Source: Laetmonice hystrix (Eukaryota). From it: a stretch of 64,000 nucleotides of DNA. The notes beneath the pieces are model-generated. The model saw only the letters and a list, made by a program, of their open reading frames with translations, was not told the DNA's origin and searched no databases. Positions within the stretch are counted from its first letter, which is position 1, and the number at the start of each line of letters is the position of its first letter. The position numbers and the translations under genes are program-made. Location of the stretch: contig OZ249444.1 of the NCBI GenBank assembly GCA_965235115.1, positions 20,522,001-20,586,000 of the forward strand. Reading direction: 5' to 3'. Positions 10,601-22,137 of this stretch are shown piece by piece.

Positions 10601-13600
10601 AACCCAGCTCACTTTTGTAAATACATGTATAGATTTTAAGTACAATGTATTAGTGTGCATAATTTAAGGTTTTATGATTGTTACTGTTTTGCTGCTGTGA
10701 ATTGGCCTTAGTCTAGGTGCACAGTGAAATTTGAGTGGAATGGTGTTGACGCATCCTGACAGTGGTTTATTTTACCAGCAGCAGCTGAATCAAATGATTT
10801 ACATAAAATTTCACATGCTGGTTTAGCTCTGAATGTACTTTTTACATTATGCTAATTATTTTCGCTCCTGGTTTATTAATAAACAATGGTGAAAACTATC
10901 ATAATCTATCACACATACATTATATGTCCCTGCCTTATTTAATGGCCATCTCCCATTACATTTGACAGCCTCCTTTATCCATTCAATGACATATGAGCCT
11001 GGATTATTGGAATATGAAGATCTTCCAAAGACAGACCAACCTCTGTGGATCTTAGGATCTCAATACAGTGTTCTTTATGGTAAGGTATTTTGAACAACAG
11101 TGAAGGCACCACTTTAAATTTTCTTGGGTTACCAGAGATAGTAAAAAAAACCTGAGTTAAAAAAAATAGAAAGAAACAAACAAATCTCTACTAAATTATT
11201 ACTATATGCCATTTGAATTTCTGAAATTTCAGACCTTGAGGAATTGAAGTCAGACATGCGTTCTCGACTATGGTTAACATATAGGACTGGATTTAGTGCA
11301 ATTGGTGAGTGTGTCCTTTTGTCGAATTAACAGATCTATAACAGACTATGCCAATTGGTGGATTTTTTTGCTCTTTTTGTACACCAGTTGATACATTAAT
11401 TCCGATATTAAAGATCAGTAATCGCTGATCAACTTTTGAGGAGCATCAGTTTTTTTTGTAGCTATGCAATTTTAATTGTCTCAGTATCTAGGCCAGTTAT
11501 TTCTGATAACTGTGAGTTCTACATGAGACTATTTTATAGGTCAGCTTACGGTAAGTGTGAAATGATCGACAGAGAGATCTGTAGCAGACCATGTGAGATT
11601 GGTGATTTGTTTTCAGGAGGACAAGGGCCAACCCAAGACAAGGGATGGGGATGTATGCTGCGCTGTGGACAGATGATGCTGGCTCAGGCCTTGGTCATGC
11701 GCCACCTTGGCAGAGGTACTATGGATGGTGGCTTAAACTCTACTTAAAATGCATCTGTCCTTATTGTATAATCAGGTCGAAGTTATCCAAAGTGGAATCC
11801 AAATTGTGAAAATTCAAATTATCAAATGTCAATCATTTTATCCTTTACCTCATTGAGTTGAGCAAACTGTCAAGTCAACTGCAGGGTATTTCAGGTAATA
11901 TGATAAATTAACAAATGAGAATAGATTGTAAAAATCAACAGCTGATTCCCCTCCTCTGGGATTTCTTTATCAGATTGGCGATGGAAGGAAGACAAATATG
12001 ACCCCAAGTATCATGAAGTATTGAGGATGTTTCAGGATAAGAAAAGCAGCTGCTACTCAATCCATCAAATAGGTAAAGTCTTACTGCCTGTCAAATCATC
12101 TAAATCTTAGCTGTAACCCTACATACATTGTGTTTCTTTTAAAAGAAACGACATTTATACTCCAGCATCCTTTCAATGCCTCTAATGTGGAGCTATTGCA
12201 GAGTTCATCTGCCTTTACTTTGGAGTAGCCATGCCCCCTACTTTTCCCCTTTGCTATAGAAATGATTGAATGCATATTGAAAGGCATTATTTTGTAATCA
12301 TCATGGTATCCATCGTACAGAAATTGACCTTGACAGTAATGGAATTGTAACAATACACTTGGTCGTCTACAATAGAAAGAAAGTCAGAAGCCACCATCAT
12401 ATCGTTTTGCACATTAGTAAACCTAAAAATAATCTAAAGCCTGATAGGAGTGAGAGTAAATCATAACATTTATTTCAGCAACCACCCCGGTATTTATAGA
12501 TTTCTTTTTTTACTTCTTATAACAGCAAGTATGGGTGTAACAGAAGGCAAGGCTGTCGGAGAGTGGTTTGGACCCAACACAATTGCACATGTATTAAAGT
12601 AAGTGCAAGCAAATTTATGCAAGCTTTACACAGGGTTTCCAGCCACTCTGGAAATCCCGACTAGTGATAAAATAAAAGTAAATAAAATACAAACGAAAGT
12701 TGATCTTTGTCTTTTCAGAAAATTGGCCGTGTATGATGAGTGGAGTTCGGTCTCCATCCATGTTGCCATGGACAACACAGTTATAATGGAAGACATTAGT
12801 ATGTGATTACATTCCCTAAGTCCCATTGCTGTATCTTTTCTTCTTTTCTTTTTGAGTTGTTCTTATATGTACGTTATACATCCCTCAAACTAATTACCAC
12901 TTCGTGAGTGTAATACCACGCATGATTTTTACAGTACAGATTAACTCTCTTTTTCTCTTTTCCAATCTATTTAAAACACAAGAAAGGAAACGATGTAGAA
13001 AAAGCAGATGTGTCTGTGTGTATACATGGTAACAAAATATAAGTCTTTTTTACCCTCCCTCCCAGGAACACTTTGCCAGTGCTCATGTAAAGAATGTAAA
13101 AAATGGGACAAGACTCGTGCAAAAGGTGGCAGCAGAAGTAAGAGGTTGAGTGGAACAAGTAGCGACAACAAGAATAAATGTAAGGTGCAGAATGGTGTGG
13201 CAGACAACCACAGCACTTCCTCCTCAGACAATGACAGCAGTGAACAGCGGACCCACACAAAGTGGAAACCGTTACTTTTGATCATACCTCTACGGCTGGG
13301 ACTAACGGAGATCAATCAGGTTTACATATCATGTCTGAAGGTAAGAAGGCCCACTCACATAGTTCACACAGGTATTGGTTACTAGGAAAAACATGGGAAT
13401 TTGATATTGGTGCCATTTGCAATGGGAAAAGTCTGGACTTTTATAAATACTTGTCCAGGTAAGTTCTGGGAATTTGATGAAGAATGTCAATTTAAGAAGA
13501 CTGCTCCATGGTCAGAGTGCTGTTCTTTAATCATCCAATATCCAATCCTGAAAAAAATAAAGGTCTGGGAAAAGTTTACGAATTTTATTATGCAAACAGC

Positions 13601-14798
13601 GTAAGAAAACCCCTCTTTTCAACTGGGCCACATGCCTCCATCCTAATCACTGTTCCTTTTACAGGCATGTTTGACATTTAAGCAGACAGTTGGTATCATG
13701 GGAGGAAAACCCAGTCATGCACATTGGTTCATAGGTTTCTTAGGTAAGACCTTTCATTGAAAAGACGCATAATAATGGTTAAACCATAACCCACTTTCAC
13801 TCTTACTTGCACAAAACTCATCAGTGACAGACTTATTCAGAGGTGGAGGAGACAAGACATAAGAAATAGGATTTTCTGGTGTGTGATTTCCTCCCCCCCC
13901 CCTTTTTTTTCTGCAGAGGATGAAGTGTTGTATTTGGATCCTCATACGTCACAACCTTTTGTGGATCTGGCCCAGCCTGAAGAAACTGATGCCTCGTATC
14001 ACTGTCCATACGTGTCACGCCTGAACATCAATGAACTTGACCCTTCAATAGCCCTAGTAAGTTGGTCCATCTCATACATGTATTTAAGCTCAGATTGTTC
14101 AGGGACTGTTAGTTCTTGAATTTTGAATGAATTTAATTTTATGTACAGGTAAATTAAACAAAATTTGAGAAGAGTTAACATTTTTAAAAATCTGAAGTGC
14201 AATTTGTTTTTTGTTTTTTTGAACAGGGGTTCTATTTCAACTCCGAGTCTGACTTCAATGATTGGTGTGTAACTGTCAGAAAGGTTATTATGCATGGTCA
14301 GAAGACACCCATGTTTGAGTTATACGAGAAGCGGCCAAGGCACTGGCCTCCATTTGAACCCTATGATCCACTGATTTCAAGGGCTTCAGGTATGTACCAG
14401 TACCACGAAGACCACCATGTAAGTCTGCAACTGATAGTTTGCAGAGGAAATATTACCATATTGAGATACTGAGTTAGGGTTTATATGCGGTACAGCTTTC
14501 AATTTTACTTTCATTTATAATAGTTGTGAGCCATAACACTACCAGAGGCACATGTCAGATGCTGCTGGAAGTTAGCACCTTAAGTCATGCCTGACCAGTA
14601 AATGGTAGCGTATTATATGGAGTAGCATGTGATATTGGGGGTTGGGGCCATGGCCCCCATGCTCTCATGTTCCCTCTGCTGGGATATGCAGTAATTTTTT
14701 TCTCACAAATCTCAGTTGCAGGATTCACAGTACTTGGAGATAAAGCTGGCCTGGGAGACCGACAGTTTGATACTGACGATGAATTTGAGCTGTTGTGA
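4622..14798 (+). CDS. ATG4B: Cysteine protease ATG4 (ATG4A/B type), ~430 aa
   Basis: Exons: 4622-4640 (tentative), 10969-11079, 11233-11304, 11617-11715, 11974-12072, 12526-12598, 12719-12798, 13066-13340, 13665-13743, 13917-14056, 14227-14389, 14716-14798. All introns are GT-AG with consistent phases (1293 nt). Motifs: catalytic GWGCMLRCGQM, YLDPH, PLRLG, GGKP and a C-terminal LIR DDEFELL. Exon 1 is uncertain; an in-frame ATG at 10986 is an alternative start. Confidence 0.95.
5432..6579. mobile_element. Internally deleted ISL2EU-like DNA transposon
   Basis: Perfect 12-bp TIR AAGCCATTTCGG (5432-5443 / 6568-6579), flanked by AT at 5430-5431 and 6580-6581. It contains a decayed SAP-domain ORF start. 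Confidence 0.65.
6125..6471 (-). pseudogene. Decayed SAP-domain ORF N-terminus (probable ISL2EU accessory YqaJ-type protein)
   Basis: ATG 6471 gives MAEVNLKIDGETCKLEDFERLKVEDLMSYC*RRGLTDSLRRKKEF (SAP-like). After a frameshift it continues VEKVPIVMTR*EE...DPNNELNHGWLDEDLGLS. In-frame stops and a frameshift are present. Confidence 0.55.
7168..7348. mobile_element. Small inverted-repeat element with an AACCTAA-like microsatellite interior
   Basis: 13-bp inverted repeat CAGACATTCCTCA (7168-7180) / TGAGGAATGTCTG (7336-7348). Confidence 0.45.
7794..8717. mobile_element. Internally deleted hAT-like element
   Basis: Termini CAGGCTGCGAATTTAG / CTAAATTCATTCCCTG with flanks CGGACC / CAGACC (6-bp TSD, one mismatch). 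Plus-strand remnant 8389-8589 (...KCERDWQPSRLSGRPWI) resembles hAT transposase N-termini. Confidence 0.55.
8859..9682. mobile_element. piggyBac-like non-autonomous element with internal 34-bp tandem repeat
   Basis: Flanks TTGA (8855-58) and TTAA (9683-86); imperfect TIR CCCTTTCGAGACGGG / CCCGTCCTTAATGGG. Four 34-bp units at 9550-9670 each contain ATGCCTCA(A/G)(A/G)GCAT. Confidence 0.6.
10232..10436. repeat. Inverted-repeat (MITE-like) element; related partial copy at ~55215-55352
   Basis: Arms TTGTTTACTTTTCCAC...GAGCAAGGGTGAGCA...CTCACCGTTTT and AAAATGGTGAG...TGCTCACCCTTGCTC...GTGGAAAAGTAAACAA. The right arm recurs at 55276-55350. Confidence 0.6.
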
Positions 14799-16661
14799 AA
14801 GTGGCTACACTGGAGGTAGATAGGCATCGTATGATATGCTTGTATGGTTCAAGGACCTGGCTGGAGGAGGTGGTCGGAGGAGACTTCCATGTGATGAGAC
14901 TTTCTATATTAAGGATTTTATCCATCCAGTAGTATCTTAAAACCTGATGGGTTACCATACAAGTCACGGTTGGCAATTTCAGCTCCTGCGGCTTATTTTG
15001 TTAGGGCAAAATTTGTGATAACTTTTTATGTAGATGATCAACAATCAAGTATTATGCTTTTATTATGCTGTCATTAACTTAAAATTTTATTTATTTTAGC
15101 TCATGCTTTGGCAGTAGTAATTAGCTAAGCATTACTTTAAGGACAATTCAGATTTAATTGTTGGGTTTTTAAAACTATAAATTTAGTCTGAGACTTTTTC
15201 TTTTTCATTTTGATATTTATTCCATATCTGTGCATCTTTAATTCAGGCTTTTTTCAAATGAGGCTGTGTGCCTTTTAGCAGTTCAAACTATGAATGTCTT
15301 TTGTTTCCCAAAATAATGTTTGCAAAGTCTTATCTCTTCTGTAAGATAAAGAAGGGCTTTCATGTCTAAATGTATAGTCTGAAATTTTATTTGTGCAAAA
15401 TCATTACCGAAGTAATGCTGACTGATACGCATATTTAGTAGGAGAATATGTTGCATAGAAGTAGTGGTTGTTGACATGGTCCTAGGTGCTAGAAGAAGTT
15501 TTCAGTTTGACAACTACATGATAAGGCTTAGTAGACTTTTTTTTAACAAGTAGATGCTTTCTGTACTATTTTCTGCCTAATGTAAAGATTGATTATATAG
15601 CAGGGTGTAGTAATTACTAAGAGCCTGGCATGCTGAAGAGTGGAAGATTTGTGGATGTCTGGATGCGTGATGACAGTGCTGAGAGTTTACAGTTATAAAG
15701 CCCTAAGTAATTGATGAGAACCCAGAATTTGTGAAGGATGACAGTATAAGATAAAAAAGACTTCTTCCTACCAATTCAGCTGGAAGAGATAAAACTATGT
15801 TTCGCTACTGAAAGGTTATTTCATAATTCACTGCTTTTAAGATAAAGGTTCCATGGAAGTTTAAAGAATTTATGAATTGAGGTCATAAAGCTGGCTTAAT
15901 TTAAACCTTAGAACAAAACTTTATTCACCAAAATGTATGAGAGCAGTGCTGTCTGGGTTGTCCCCAAATTTAGGCTCTCCTTGTGTGATTCCGAACCTTT
16001 TTTTTCTCACCAGTTCAAAGCGTTACCGGTAGTAAGGTTCCAGAAAGCATGTTATTATCAACCAATTGCCTGTTAGTGTTATAAATATTGATGGCTTGGT
16101 TTGAGATCTGCCAATATGGCAAGCTAAGATAGACATAATGATTTCAGGTTCATATGGTGCAAATATTCCCAGGATACGTTTATTAAGGGTATTTCGTACA
16201 ATAGTGTTCTAAGTATGTATGGTGCAAGGCTGTGAAGGCTGCTGTAAATGTTTTAAGTCCAAATGGTGCAAATATGTTCAAAGTTGAATTTATATATGTT
16301 TGATGTAGATGCCTTGTATAGAGTAACGTTGAACGTTCCGAGGATTCAAGGAATGTAGTCAAAGGCATGATGGTGTTTTAAATGTTTCAGTACACACGGT
16401 GCAAAGTTTTAGTTATGTAAACATGAGACAAGTGTGGGGAAAATGTGTTGGGAGTGGAGGTTTAGAATTTGAATGTTACAAATGTATAAAAAAATAATGT
16501 GGAAGCTTTCAGGAATGTATAGTTCAACAGGACTTTCAAACTGTTTTTGAGGAGGCAGGGTTTGGATCAAAGTAATACTAATAGGCCATTACTTTTTTTG
16601 GTCGTCAAGTGCAATCCATGCCTGGGATCCTGGCGACCACCGGCATAATTTGAAAGCCCTG

Positions 16662-16940
16662 GCCCCGGTTTTAGAACTTAGGCTCTAAGCAACAAGCTTT
16701 AAGCTAAGTGGAGCTACAGCAGCCCATAGGGGCATAGAGCTTTAGTGTTTAACTTTGTAGATTGATGTTCATCAATATTTTCACAGTGATAATAATTTAA
16801 CCACATGTGGTGATATTTCCACTGTCGTGAAAATGTCCATGAAAATCAATCTAGAAAGTTTAAGTGTCTGTGCCCTCATGTGCCACCATAGCCCTACTTA
16901 AGTTAAAGCTTGCAGCTGAGAGCCTTTCTGAAAACGGTGC
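16662..16940. mobile_element. PIF/Harbinger-like MITE with CTG target duplication, in the probable ATG4 3' UTR region
   Basis: CTG|GCCCCGGTTTTAGAA ... TTCTGAAAACGGTGC|CTG. Confidence 0.5.
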
Positions 16941-18375
16941 CTGGTTCAAGCGTATCAAGAATTCTTTAACTGTTTCAAGTGCACAGTGTACAATATAGAT
17001 ATAGACATAGATTCCAGTGCAGACCAATATAGACAAAGCCTGAAATGAGGTATAAAACGAACTTAACCAGCTACATGAAGCTAATATCTAAAAATGAACG
17101 GTTCACAAGATTCAGTTGTGTGATGGCTGCTTATGCTGAGCAATCTCACATGTATACTGCACGCAGACTTCTCGCAGGCTGAGAGGATATTGTTTGAGGG
17201 TTGGTTGCAAAAGCAGAGAAAATATATCTCCTCTAGGGGTTGCAGCCATTAGTTTAATGTATGTGCAGTTGATTTGATTTTCAGACACCATTTCACCTTC
17301 ACATCAGTACTTAATTTGATATACATGTACCAGTAATTGTAAAGTTTACAGTGAAATGAGGTGCGGAAAGATATGCCTCAGATTTGATTTCTTCACATTT
17401 TTTTAGCTGTGCATCTCCTTTTTGCGTCATTGACCTGAGAGTGAATCTTACCCCCAGAACAGTGTAAACAGTCACCTTTAGGATATCAAGACGGATCCAA
17501 GCTCTCTGAGGTGAGGCAAAGGGGTAAACAATAAATAATTGTCAGTAGGTCAGTGATGGTAGGGACCACAGTTCATGAAAGCATTCCGATTCGGACAGGC
17601 GGTCTGGGTCAGTTATTTATGTTGATCGGTTCCAGATTTGTTTTGAGATGTTTCTGTTGATCAAGGTATTTCTTTAAACGTTTCTATTCAAAGCAAGGAA
17701 TGTGTTTCATCCTGTGTGTTCCTTGCGTGTTTAGGAGGGGTTTTATGTCGGTGTGTACATTTATTTTGTTCAGCTTATAAATGTCGTTTAAGTTGTCCTT
17801 ATTATATACAGAAAAAGCCCATCTGGTCGGCAGTGAACCTATGTATACTAGAGATATATCTTAATTACCTGGGTATGCCCCAAGAGGCATAGCCTACTGA
17901 ACTGTAAACACATGATTATATGATATCTATTGAAGTTTTATGCACAGACCAAGTGTGTTAGTCCGGTATGGATATTAGGATATAAATACAATCCTGAGTT
18001 ACATCTAATAGATTTCCTTCTCTTGATCTTTGTTGAAGTTGACACATAAAAAGAACCACAATATACACCTGGTTTTATACTGTATACATGTAAATTGGAT
18101 GGCTCCTGGAATTGTACAGCTTGGAATGTAATGTTTTATCTTCCTGTTCAGCCAATAAAAACATATGCTGTGACATTGGTAGTACCTTATTTGTTGCAAA
18201 GTTTTGCATAAACTAAAAGAATATAAACTTGGTTTTCTGGCAGACAGTATGATGGTATAAAAGTTCTTATTTTGCAGTCAATGTCTCTCAAGCGCATTGG
18301 CCCCTTGAGCGTTTGTCTTTGTCAGTGTATTATAGGCCCTCTATCGGCGGCCAAACTTTCAACTACCACGGGTTC

Positions 18376-18434
18376 TTAATTGACAGGCGGCGCCACCATC
18401 TAGACTGTAGATGGTGGCGCTGCCTGTCGATTAA
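18376..18434. repeat. 59-bp palindrome/hairpin with TTAA at both ends
   Basis: TTAATTGACAGGCGGCGCCACCATCTA-gactg-TAGATGGTGGCGCTGCCTGTCGATTAA; 27-bp arms with 2 mismatches. Confidence 0.8.
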
Positions 18435-18534
18435 AAACCAAGAGGATGTGCTGCCTTGTTTTAATTTGATATACATACTGTATATGACACAGTATGCAAT
18501 TACACGGGTTGATGGGAGGTTGTCTACCAAATGC

Positions 18535-18620
18535 CCTCCTCCCCCCCGCCCCCTCCTCCCCCCCGCCCCCTCCTCTCCCCCCCCCGCCCCTCCTCCCCCC
18601 GCCCCCTCCTCCCCCCTCCC
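18535..18620. repeat. C-rich low-complexity tract (G4-prone on the minus strand)
   Basis: Repeated CCCCCCGCCCCCTCCTC units; source of the poly-Pro/Gly ORFs in the track. Confidence 0.85.
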
Positions 18621-19789
18621 CATGCAGTTCCACCGTGACAGTCCCATCTTCATCATCAAGCAGATTGAAGGTAGCTGGGGGGATGAGTAGGGGGGGGGGG
18701 CATGTTTGCAATTTTTCTAATTAAATGAGCCAGAAAACACTATGCAAACTTTGGGAGGCCAAAACAAAAGATAGAGGAAGAAGTTCCACGGCCCCAAAGC
18801 CAAATTCAATACCCAAGCTAAAGGAGGAGGGGGCAAGCTGAGGTTTTAGGGGTGCCTTGACTTCACCCTTTCCAGCGAACACTATGTCTGACTAAAAATA
18901 AATATAAATTTATGCCTTATACTTTGTAAAATATTTAAATTTAGGCCTACAGATCGAGTGGAGTGGGGGTGGGGGTGCGGTCGGGGGGGGGGGGGGTTAG
19001 CTTGGCATATTGGCTGGGCTGGAAATATCTTTCAGCAAATTTAAGCAGCAAAACATAAATACATATCACTGAATACATACTGACCACACAGTGACTTAGC
19101 AGTCCAGTAAACGTTATTAGGCCTACTTCATTACTGTACCGGGATTCCATGGAGGAGCTCCCAGTAAGCGTAACAGAAACGTCCCAAATGTCCATTGACA
19201 CTCAAAACATTCCGTTTAATTAACTTTGGGGTACAAATATATGTAATCCGTGTAAAATAGCAGAGTGGTTAAAATGTCCGTGTGTACTCTGGAGTGGGGT
19301 GATGGTCACTGACCACTCCAGCACAGTTTCTAGTCTAAGTAAAAAGTTCTCACCGAATTTAGATTAAATGTCTGGGAAAGTACTTAAAATTACTGGGGGG
19401 TTCGTATGACCCGGTGGAGGTCAGAGGTCAAACTGGCCTGAACCTCCACACGCAGCGACACGTTTGAAATAGTGCAGCTGTTCATGAACGTATGTAGTTT
19501 GTGTGTGAAAAAGATGTCCAAAATGTCTTTGTGGCTATAGTATAATCCAATACAATTAGGCCTACATCATAATGAAATTAAATTTTCCCTACTTTTTAGC
19601 AGCGTAGAATCCAGTCTAGAGAATGGACAGTAAAATCAAAAGTAGGCCTACATCTTAAAAAATAGATAGGGGCCTACGTTGTGCACAGAACAGATGCGTG
19701 GTGTGATTGGGTCCCATTCTATCTTTCAAGCTATAAGTGACCCAATCTTTCGTAACCGCATCTTTCTTTGATAACACCAGACCAAAGGC

Positions 19790-20178
19790 CAGGGGCGTAG
19801 GAAAAGGGGGGCCAGGGGGGCCATGCCCCCCCCCCACTTTGAAATGAGGGGGGCCAGAGTATCTTTTGGCCCCCCCCCCCCCACTTTTTCCCTTCCCCTG
19901 ACTTTTGCCATTGGAAGTGTATGGAAGTCTATGGGGGAGGGTATTTTCTCATATTTCAGACCTTATTTTGTGCTCCAAGATGCACCAAATGTCACCAAAT
20001 TACACTATAATTTCAAAATTTTTCGGGGGGGGGGGATGCCCCGGACCCCCTAGCATGGTTTCGCGCCTTCGGCGCTCGACCAGTCCCCCCGCCAAACTGT
20101 AATCCCCCTCGAAAAGTCCTGCGCATGGCCCTGTTGGCCCCCCCCCCCCCCACTTTTAAAGTGCTTCCTACGCCTCTG
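19790..20178. mobile_element. G/C-run-rich hAT-like MITE with 5-bp TSD
   Basis: AAGGC|CAGGGGCGTAGGAA ... TTCCTACGCCTCTG|AAGGC. Confidence 0.75.
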
Positions 20179-20212
20179 AAGGCAATCATATATCACCATT
20201 TTTACCTTATTA

Positions 20213-21224
20213 GGGACAGACCATTTAATAGCGGGGGGGGGGGGTATGGTTTTTCCTTCTGACCAAACTTTTTTTTTGCTTCCAACAAAAAACAAACAAT
20301 TTTTTTTATCCCTAATCAAAAGCAAACAATTTTTTTCCCTAGGTGGCAGAGACAAACTTTTTTTTCCAGAACATAATTCTGCAGCAACCATTATGTTATC
20401 CCGTTAATTTCTGTTCCACAGACATAGGCGCCAGAAGATGGTGTGCGGGGGGGGGGGGCAAATTATAGGTCCCAAGTTCCAAGTTTAGAAATGCTGGTGA
20501 TAAGAGCGTTGAGCGTGGGGTCTGGGGCCCTCTCCCAGAAAAATTGAAAAATTAAAGTGCCAAAGACACGTTTTCCTGGCATCTGGGAACAAAATCTAGG
20601 CCTTCTGACGGTCTGACCATCTCCTGCCACCTTGGAGCTGGGGGAGGAGAACTATATGCTTGCCCCCCAGCTTTTGAGCTGGGGGGGGGGGGCAACAGGC
20701 TGGTTCCTACATATAACATTTCTAACACAGCCTTAGGAATATATGATTGTACTGTACTCAGCTTTGAACCATGCAGTACTTTTATAATGGACTATGAAAC
20801 AAATTGGAAGTTCTAATTGTCTTCACAGATTTGTGGGCTTTCAAATATCTTGTAGTGCAAGCGAATGTCCACATAAAACAATTGATCAAGTTATACATAC
20901 TAGTATTCAATTGCATGTCATAATTGTTCAGACTGATATGTTTTACTCAGTATTGTAGAGTATGCCTAAATAAAACAGTACTGTTGACCGAGCAGAGCGA
21001 GGAAAATTTTTGGTCTTCTTTTAATTTTTTAGCAGTTTTGGGCAGATTTTTTTTTTATAAATCTGCTGTCTGTCAACAATCTATTTTTTTTTCACACACA
21101 TTGCTAAACAAACTATTTTTTTCACACCCATTTGAGAGCAAACTATTTTTTTGGGTAAACTTGGCAAACAAACTTTTTTTTTTACGAAAAAACCATACCC
21201 CCCAGCTATTAAATGGTCTGCCCC
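20213..21224. mobile_element. PIF/Harbinger-like MITE (TTA TSD), probably with internal insertions
   Basis: TTA|GGGACAGACCATTTAATAGC...GTATGGTTTTT and AAAAACCATACCCCCCAGCTATTAAATGGTCTGCCCC|TTA. Confidence 0.65.
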
Positions 21225-21425
21225 TTATGTGTTCTTGTATTTCTTACTTTATCGTAAAATCTTTTAACTGAGCTTCACTTTGACTAAACTAATATAGAAA
21301 TCAGTACCCATGCAGGCAGGTTTTGATGTATTCCCTAGTACTTTTTTCTGCCATGCGTTCAATTCCATGGTGTCAGGCACACTGGAATTTAGGAATATGG
21401 CAAAACATTCTTCATGAACAGGCGC

Positions 21426-21730
21426 GGATGGGGAAGGGGGGGGGGGGTCAGAATTTTAGTAACTATGTGATGGATGGGGAAGGGGGGGGTCAGAATTTTA
21501 GTGACTATGTGATGGATGGGGAAGGGGGGGGGTCAGAATTTTAGTGACTATGTGATGGATGGGGAAGGGGGGGGGTCAGAATTTTAGTGACTATGTGATG
21601 GATGGGGAAGGGGGGGGGGTCAGAATTTTAGTAACTATGTGATGGATGGGGAAGGGGGGGGTCAGAATTTTAGTGACCATGTGATGGATGGGGAAGGGGG
21701 GGGGGGTCAGAATTTTAGTGACTATGTGAT
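21426..21730. repeat. ~43-bp G-rich tandem repeat, 7 units
   Basis: Unit GGATGGGGAAGGGGGGG(G)nTCAGAATTTTAGT(G/A)ACTATGTGAT; unit length varies with the G run. Confidence 0.95.
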
Positions 21731-22108
21731 ATCTGAAAACTTTTAAATGTCTCATGGTTGAAATTACAGATGGAGATTTATATCTGAGGACAAGAAGTTG
21801 AGAAAAGTATAAGGGAAATATTTTTCTGTTCTGGTTTTAATAATTATTCTAAATTAATTTATTTCTCCCAGCAAATCTGTATTAAATTTCTTTTTTGAGG
21901 CGTGTGTGTACAACGTGTGTGTACGCCTCACTTTTCTTTTCTATCCCCCCCCCCCCCCCCTTGAAAGCCTCTTACTATACCCTCTCACTGACTCAAAATA
22001 AGGCCTTTTTTGAGCTTCTGCTGCTCCACTATCTGTGAGGTCTCTGTGTGAGACGTGGGGCCATCTGACGGATTGAATCTGAACTATTATTGGAGGCAAG
22101 CATTCGCA

Positions 22109-22126
22109 CGAGATCGCGCGAGATCG
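22109..22126 (+). promoter_or_regulatory. TCTCGCGAGA-like housekeeping promoter motif before the eIF2A start
   Basis: CGAGATCGCGCGAGATCG ends 11 nt before ATG 22138. It resembles the BANP/ZBTB33-type CGCG element, but the match is imperfect. Confidence 0.35.
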
Positions 22127-22137
22127 TAGCAGACAAA

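Noticed and set aside
18313-18724. Poly-Pro/poly-Gly ORFs on both strands
   Set aside because: They come from a C-rich low-complexity tract, with no splice context or domain.
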